A stretch of DNA of 64,000 nucleotides from positions 96,001 through 160,000 of the forward strand of contig CAVZSV010000004.1 of NCBI GenBank assembly GCA_963778115.1, read 5' to 3'. Positions 58,737 through 64,000 of this stretch are shown piece by piece. Each line of letters begins with the position of its first letter. Position 1 is the stretch's first letter. The DNA is from an uncultured delta proteobacterium (GTDB lineage: Bacteria; Bdellovibrionota; FAC87; UBA2466). Under the pieces are notes generated by a model, which did not search any database, was not told the DNA's origin, and saw only the letters and a program-made list of their open reading frames with translations. Made by a program: the position numbers and the translations under genes.

Positions 58737-59888
58737 TTAGGTTTTGGGCTTCACCACTCGAAATACTCGCCCGTCGTAGGAAACGGCGACCAGTTCTCCG
58801 CTAGCCTCCTGACCAAACGAGGTAATGGGATACCCTGAGTCCATCAACTCCTCATTACTAACCGCATGCCTTTGAGTCTCGTCTAGATGGAGCGCCCAGA
58901 TTTTTCCGCTTCCGTAGTCGGCGTAAATATAGGCCCCTTGAAGTTCTGGAAACCGTTTTCCGCGATAAACGTATCCCCCAATGATGCAATTCGTACTTCC
59001 GTCATGACGGTATTCCCAAATAGGAAGTGTTAATCCCGAAGCGTCACAGGCATCGCCTTTTGGTTTGAAGCAGTGCTTTGCCTCCATGATGTTCCAGCCG
59101 TAGTTTTTTCCGCTTTCGACTCTATCAATCTCTTCCCAAATATTTTGCCCGACATCCCCCACAAAAAGCGCATCGGTTTTCTTATCGAAACTAAAGCGCC
59201 ACGGGTTTCTTAAACCATAAGCAAAAATTTCAGGAAGCCCTCCCCCTTTAGCAAAGGGATTATCTTTGGGAATCGAATACGGAGTCTGACGAACCTGATC
59301 AACGTGATCGATATCGATGCGTAATATCTTGGCGAGTAGCACGTTTTTATTTTGTCCGTTGCTGTGAGGATCACCCGCACTTCCCCCGTCGCCCATTCCG
59401 ATATAGAGGAGCCCTTTGCGATCAAAAGCAAGTTGCCCGCCTTTGTGGTTGCTGTAGGGCATCTGCTGAATGCGAAGAATCTCTTTCTCAACCCCTTTTG
59501 AAGAAAATTCGCTTATCACGGTCCAAATGTCGGAGGGGGGATTTCCCGTCTTCTTATCGGCGCGAATATCGTAGTCGACAAAATAACGGCCGTTCTTGGC
59601 ATAATTAGGATGAAAAGCGATGGAGAGAAGTCCCATCTCTCCGCCGGTTGCCACTTTTGATTGGATATCCAAAAAAGGCTTTTCTAATAATTTGCCATTC
59701 CGAAATTGGTGGATCAAACCCGGCTGCTGAACGATGTAGAGAGTCTCGTTGTCGCCTGGGGCGAATGCCGCATGCGTCGGATCGCTGAGGCCGTCCGTTA
59801 TGATAGTCTCAAGTGCAATCTTCGCTGCCCCGTGAGCCGTTAAATTGAAGAGAAACGCTATCCCTAGAATAGATAATTTGTGAGCCAT
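58737..59888 (-). CDS. PQQ-dependent glucose/sorbosone dehydrogenase family protein
   Basis: GEMGLLSIAFHP, NHKGGQLAF, GMGDGG, YGLRNPWRFSFD, GDVGQ, NYGW; signal peptide. Confidence 0.93.
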   Translation of the reverse strand: MAHKLSILGIAFLFNLTAHGAAKIALETIITDGLSDPTHAAFAPGDNETLYIVQQPGLIHQFRNGKLLEKPFLDIQSKVATGGEMGLLSIAFHPNYAKNGRYFVDYDIRADKKTGNPPSDIWTVISEFSSKGVEKEILRIQQMPYSNHKGGQLAFDRKGLLYIGMGDGGSAGDPHSNGQNKNVLLAKILRIDIDHVDQVRQTPYSIPKDNPFAKGGGLPEIFAYGLRNPWRFSFDKKTDALFVGDVGQNIWEEIDRVESGKNYGWNIMEAKHCFKPKGDACDASGLTLPIWEYRHDGSTNCIIGGYVYRGKRFPELQGAYIYADYGSGKIWALHLDETQRHAVSNEELMDSGYPITSFGQEASGELVAVSYDGRVFRVVKPKT

Positions 59889-59934
59889 TCAAAGAGACTA
59901 CCAGCAGGAACTCCTTAGGGAAAGCTCCCTACAG

Positions 59935-59952
59935 AAAGGTACGGCCTACCTT
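59935..59952. repeat. REP-like family B, single copy
   Basis: AAAGGTACGGCCTACCTT, identical to 12784-12801; overlaps the stop codon of 59946..60791. Confidence 0.8.
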
Positions 59953-60791
59953 CCTGTGGGTGGGGGCGTGGTTGGGGGATTTTCGGGGGGAATAATGGGC
60001 TCTTGGACTGGCGCGCCAGGAACGGGATCTGCCGGAGGAATTTTCCAGATATCGAGCGTTCCATTACGTAAGGCTTCCATCTGGTCTTGAATATCGGAAA
60101 TTCTTTGATTGGCGGCATCGACCATCTGTTGGATAGCTCCCAGAATGGCAACATGCGCTTCTCGAAACGGCTCCAGAGAATAATTATTCTTTTGCAGAAA
60201 ATGCATCAGCATTCCTACATTCCCACCCGGAAAAGGAATCGGTGTTACTCCTTTGTTATTGGGAACAAAATTGTCCGCTGAAAATGAAGGAACACTAACC
60301 GTCATCGAGTCCTTCACGACGCCTGTGGGAACCGCTCTTATCAAGAGGAAATTGAAAGCCTGAAAGACAAACTGGCTCGTTGTTCCGGTATTAATCACAT
60401 TGAAGGTGGTAGCAGTGTCCGAAATCTGCTGAATCAACGCCCGCATCTTATACTCGTCTTGTCTCAACCTCTTTAACTCAAGTTCCAGACGATCCACTAA
60501 GAGTTGCAGCTCCCGAGCGCGCTGCCACTCAAAGGCGGCTTGAGCGTTCACAAGATTTGCTTTCGCCCAGTTCAACTGGGCTATCGAAATATCTACTATA
60601 AATTCGCCTTGCGCTCGCAGCAGATCGGCGTAGGCTCGCATTCCATCGCCTAAACCACCCGTCGGAGAAGAGCCTGACCCTGAACCGGATCCTGAACCAG
60701 TTCCCGACCCTGAACCTTCCGCTCTCGATATAGCACTCCACCCAATGGTGAGGATCACGAAAAGCGCGAATAGGGAGCGGGTCGTGCTCAT
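59946..60791 (-). CDS. Hypothetical secreted protein with a Gly-Ser repeat linker, coiled coil and Pro-rich tail
   Basis: Signal peptide; GSGSGTGSGSGSGSGSS; PPENPPTTPPP. Confidence 0.65.
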   Translation of the reverse strand: MSTTRSLFALFVILTIGWSAISRAEGSGSGTGSGSGSGSGSSPTGGLGDGMRAYADLLRAQGEFIVDISIAQLNWAKANLVNAQAAFEWQRARELQLLVDRLELELKRLRQDEYKMRALIQQISDTATTFNVINTGTTSQFVFQAFNFLLIRAVPTGVVKDSMTVSVPSFSADNFVPNNKGVTPIPFPGGNVGMLMHFLQKNNYSLEPFREAHVAILGAIQQMVDAANQRISDIQDQMEALRNGTLDIWKIPPADPVPGAPVQEPIIPPENPPTTPPPTGR

Positions 60792-60900
60792 GGGGGCGCC
60801 TCTGAGTTTCCATCATCTACCCAATAAAAAAAAAGGAAGAGTTCTAGAAAAAAGAAATTATTTTTTGTTAACGAACAACGGTTTGTTATAGTCTCGACCT

Positions 60901-62121
60901 ATGAACTCCATCGTTATGTTTGGCATCGCGGGATCTTTTTTCGTAGTCATCTTGGCCGTCGCTTTTGTTTTGTTGGGACGTCTTCAGCGCACCGATCTTC
61001 ACTCTGGTTTCAAGATGTTGGGAGACAGCTTTGAAGCTTTTCAGCGCAATCTCTTACACGCGCAGAAAGAGTTCGAACGCTCACAGGAAGTAAAAAGCGC
61101 TACCCTGCGTCAAGAACTGGGCCAGGAATTACAATCAAATCGCAAAGAGCTTCAGCACGGGTTAACCCAAACCACAACGTCACTCGAAGCCAGAGTGACC
61201 GCCATCGATAGTCGCATTGACTCTAGACTCAAAGAGCTCACTAACGGCGTTCAAACCCGTCTCGATCAAAACGTGAAGGAAGGCTTTCGCCATTTTGAAA
61301 AGGTTCAAGAACATTTAAAGCAAGCTGAAATACAACTCCTTGGCCTTAATTCGGTTGGCAAATCGATCACCGATTTGAATAATCTTTTGAAACTTCCGCA
61401 TCTGCGCGGCGGCTTCGGAGAAGCTACCTTGGAACGGCTGCTAGCCGATCTCCTTCCAGTTGATAGTTATGAATTACAATACCGAATCAGTCCCACCTCC
61501 ACGGAACGGGTCGATGCCGTCATCAAATATCCCAAATACGTCCTGCCTATCGATAGCAAATTCCCGAGGGAGCAGGTATTGCCTCTGTTTGAAACCAACG
61601 ATCCGGTGAAACTGGAAGAGGCCCGAAAAAATCTCATCGAGGTCATGCGGATACTTGGCAAATCGATCAAAGAAAAATACATACGGCCCGACTGTGGAAC
61701 GGCGGACATGGCGCTACTCTTCGTTCCCAGCGAAACACTCTATTTTGAAATGATCCGAAGTCCCAAGCTCTGTGACGAACTGGCAAAAAATAAAGTCTTT
61801 GCGGTCTCTCCAAACACTCTGGCTGTCACCCTCCATGCCATCTCCATTGCTCGCAACTATTACGATATGGCAGCAGGAGTGGAAAAAACCATTAGTGAGA
61901 TCAAACGGTCGCAACAACACTTCGAACATTTTGAGAGAAAATTTGACGACGTCGGCAACGCGCTTGTGAAATCCCAAAACGCTTTTGGAGTCGCCTCGAC
62001 ACACCTCTCTCGTTACCGAAGTGCGGTTACACGACTTACCGGGGCGGAGGCGGACCTGGAAACGCCACCGGCGACAAGCTCGATCCCTGCGTCAACTCAG
62101 ATGACATTGGAAACCAGTTGA
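60901..62121 (+). CDS. rmuC: DNA recombination protein RmuC
   Basis: N-terminal TM, coiled coil, RGGFGE, VDAVI...PIDSKFP, KYI, FVPSE, SPNTL. Confidence 0.93.
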   Translation: MNSIVMFGIAGSFFVVILAVAFVLLGRLQRTDLHSGFKMLGDSFEAFQRNLLHAQKEFERSQEVKSATLRQELGQELQSNRKELQHGLTQTTTSLEARVTAIDSRIDSRLKELTNGVQTRLDQNVKEGFRHFEKVQEHLKQAEIQLLGLNSVGKSITDLNNLLKLPHLRGGFGEATLERLLADLLPVDSYELQYRISPTSTERVDAVIKYPKYVLPIDSKFPREQVLPLFETNDPVKLEEARKNLIEVMRILGKSIKEKYIRPDCGTADMALLFVPSETLYFEMIRSPKLCDELAKNKVFAVSPNTLAVTLHAISIARNYYDMAAGVEKTISEIKRSQQHFEHFERKFDDVGNALVKSQNAFGVASTHLSRYRSAVTRLTGAEADLETPPATSSIPASTQMTLETS

Positions 62122-62181
62122 CCGGCGGGTTGGCATAAGGGAAACCAAAGCTTACGTTAGTCAAAATGGGTTTGTTTTTTC

Positions 62182-63531
62182 ATGGCATCAATGGATAGCA
62201 GAGTCCCTCCCCAAAACTTGGAAGCCGAGCAATCGGTCCTGGGCGGAATCTTGATCGATAACCAGACCTTCCATAAGGTCGTGGACATTCTTACCGATGA
62301 AGATTTCTACCGCCCGGCTAACGCCAAAATCTATTCCGCGATGTGTGAGTTGGCCACCAAGGGAAATCCCATCGACATCGTGACACTCACGGCGAAGATG
62401 AAAGAGATGGGAATCTATGAAGAGGTGGGTGGTGCCGCTTACCTTGCGGAAGTACTGGAGCGAGTCCCGACAGCCATTCATTCCGAATATCACGCGAAAC
62501 TTGTGGCCGACCAGTCCATCAAACGGCAGCTGGTAAGTGCCTCCACGGATATCGGGAATCGAGGACTCGATCCTGGAGAGACCACCGAAGAGCTCTTGGA
62601 CTACGCCGAAAAGCGAATCTTTGGTCTTAGTTCGTCTAAGAAACAAAGATCCATCGTTCCGGTTAGAGATATCGTCCGCTCCGCTTTCATCGAGTTGGAA
62701 AAGCGGTTCGAAAATCAGGGACAAATGACGGGAATTCCCAGCGGATACATTGAACTCGACAAAATTCTTTCCGGCTTTCAACGCTCCGATCTGGTCATCG
62801 TGGCGTGCCGTCCTAGTATGGGAAAGACCAGCTTTTCTTTGGGAGCTACCCGTGCCGCCGCAGTCATGGGAAAGGTTCCGGTCGTCTTTTTCTCCTTAGA
62901 AATGGCCAAAGAACAGATCGTAACGCGTCTGTTGGCCGCCGAAGCCAAGGTCGACTCCCAGAGGATTCGAACGGGAAAATTAAACGAACAGGATTGGGGA
63001 CGCATGACGCGCGCTGCGGGTGTCCTCTCTGAAGCAAATATCTATATAGATGATACTCCGGCGTTAACGGTGCTCGAGATGCGCGGTAAAGCGCGACGGC
63101 TGAAAGCGGAATTAGGAGATATAGGGCTGGTCATCATCGACTACCTGCAGATTATGGGAACGAGCAAGCACGCGGAGAGTCGTGAAAAGGCTATTTCCGA
63201 TATTTCGCGTTCGCTCAAAGCCCTCGCCAAGGAACTTAACGTTCCCGTATTGGCTCTTTCGCAGCTCAATCGAAATATCGACCTGCGTACCGACAAGCGA
63301 CCGATGCTGGCGGATCTTCGTGAATCGGGCGCTATCGAACAGGACGCCGACGTCATTGTCTTTATTCACCGCGAAGAGGTGGATAATCTCCAGCCCAACG
63401 CGGCATCTGTAGCGGAATTCATCATCGGAAAGCATCGAAACGGTCCGCGCGGTACCGTCAAAGTGGCTTGGCTTGGACAGTATGCGTCCTTCGAAAATTT
63501 GGCGCCTGGATCCGCGCAACCAGAGCACTAG
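62182..63531 (+). CDS. dnaB: Replicative DNA helicase
   Basis: PPQNLEAEQSVLG, RPSMGKT, FFSLEM, IDYLQ, LSQLNR, DLRESGAIEQDAD, KHRNGP; no intein. Confidence 0.98.
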   Translation: MASMDSRVPPQNLEAEQSVLGGILIDNQTFHKVVDILTDEDFYRPANAKIYSAMCELATKGNPIDIVTLTAKMKEMGIYEEVGGAAYLAEVLERVPTAIHSEYHAKLVADQSIKRQLVSASTDIGNRGLDPGETTEELLDYAEKRIFGLSSSKKQRSIVPVRDIVRSAFIELEKRFENQGQMTGIPSGYIELDKILSGFQRSDLVIVACRPSMGKTSFSLGATRAAAVMGKVPVVFFSLEMAKEQIVTRLLAAEAKVDSQRIRTGKLNEQDWGRMTRAAGVLSEANIYIDDTPALTVLEMRGKARRLKAELGDIGLVIIDYLQIMGTSKHAESREKAISDISRSLKALAKELNVPVLALSQLNRNIDLRTDKRPMLADLRESGAIEQDADVIVFIHREEVDNLQPNAASVAEFIIGKHRNGPRGTVKVAWLGQYASFENLAPGSAQPEH

Positions 63532-63614
63532 TTGGAGTTAACTTACTAAGACTTGATCCCGGCACTCTGTGTGTTAGCATGATTCAAACCTGTAAAAAAA
63601 TACGTTTGGGCCGT

Positions 63615-63854
63615 TTGAAGAAAAAGCCAACAAAGAAGAAAAATGACGACCTATTTAATCAGGTCGTCAAGCTCACCGGCCTACCCGGCAAGACTATTCG
63701 TCGTGAACTTAAATCCATTCTGGATAAGAAAAATATAGACGCCAATCAGCTCACGATCGATCAGCTTAGAGCTGTGGTCGCAAGTTACCTGCGCGAGATC
63801 ATGTCGAACCTTTTAGAGCGCGCCAGTTCTAGGCGGCAAGAGACACGACACTAG
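63615..63854 (+). CDS. Small helical hypothetical protein downstream of dnaB; start uncertain (63579 or 63615)
   Basis: TGLP...EL...LTIDQLRxxxAxYLxE amphipathic pattern. Confidence 0.55.
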   Translation: MKKKPTKKKNDDLFNQVVKLTGLPGKTIRRELKSILDKKNIDANQLTIDQLRAVVASYLREIMSNLLERASSRRQETRH

Positions 63855-64000
63855 TCTTCTGCCTGGTTGGAGACATGCGCCGGCCCTCAGTTTTACGCCA
63901 TGTGTCACTTTTTGTCCCTCAACGCTCAGATCGCTTCTAAGGATTGCTGGAAAGCGCTATACTGTGGTATTAGACTCCGCGCAGGGATGAAATCGCTCTC

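Noticed and set aside
54709..59888. PQQ biosynthesis cluster (PqqC-like gene near a PQQ-dependent dehydrogenase)
   Set aside because: The protein matches CADD rather than PqqC, and no pqqA/B/D/E genes are present.
63560..63575. Sigma-54 promoter before the last small ORF
   Set aside because: CGGCAC is present, but the -12 position reads GT instead of GC.
1..64000. CRISPR array, prophage, retroelement or defence operon
   Set aside because: No regularly spaced repeats, and no cas, phage structural, reverse transcriptase or recognisable defence genes were seen.

Overview
64 kb of bacterial chromosome, mostly + strand housekeeping genes mixed with orphan secreted or membrane proteins. Gene content suggests a deltaproteobacterial/Bdellovibrionota-like organism (inference only). 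Core genes: gcvH-gcvPA-gcvPB, HIT-lapA-PP2C, alr, rnpB, tgt-yajC-secD-secF-asnS, a divergent dnaA not followed by dnaN, hemJ, xseA, tRNA-Thr(CGT), ilvA/tdcB, udg-nfeD-SPFH, acyl-CoA dehydrogenase, rmuC-dnaB. One complete-looking ~1.33 kb DDE insertion sequence sits inside a GC hairpin, between an Ig-repeat adhesin gene and a LamG/c-heme protein gene. Most interesting signals: (1) an RNase P RNA with type-A elements that apparently lacks P13/P14 and has a branched P12; (2) an orphan DnaA with an altered AAA+ sensor region and upstream DnaA-box-like sites; (3) the IS insertion into a hairpin, with its transposase RBS sequestered; (4) two related dispersed REP-like palindrome families; (5) five sigma-54-type promoters, all upstream of non-housekeeping genes; (6) a CADD-type protein, a fungal-type glucoamylase and a choline-monooxygenase-like Rieske protein outside their usual contexts. 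No CRISPR array, prophage or recognisable defence system was seen. No single multi-gene novel system is demonstrated; all calls come from reading motifs by eye, with no database searches.
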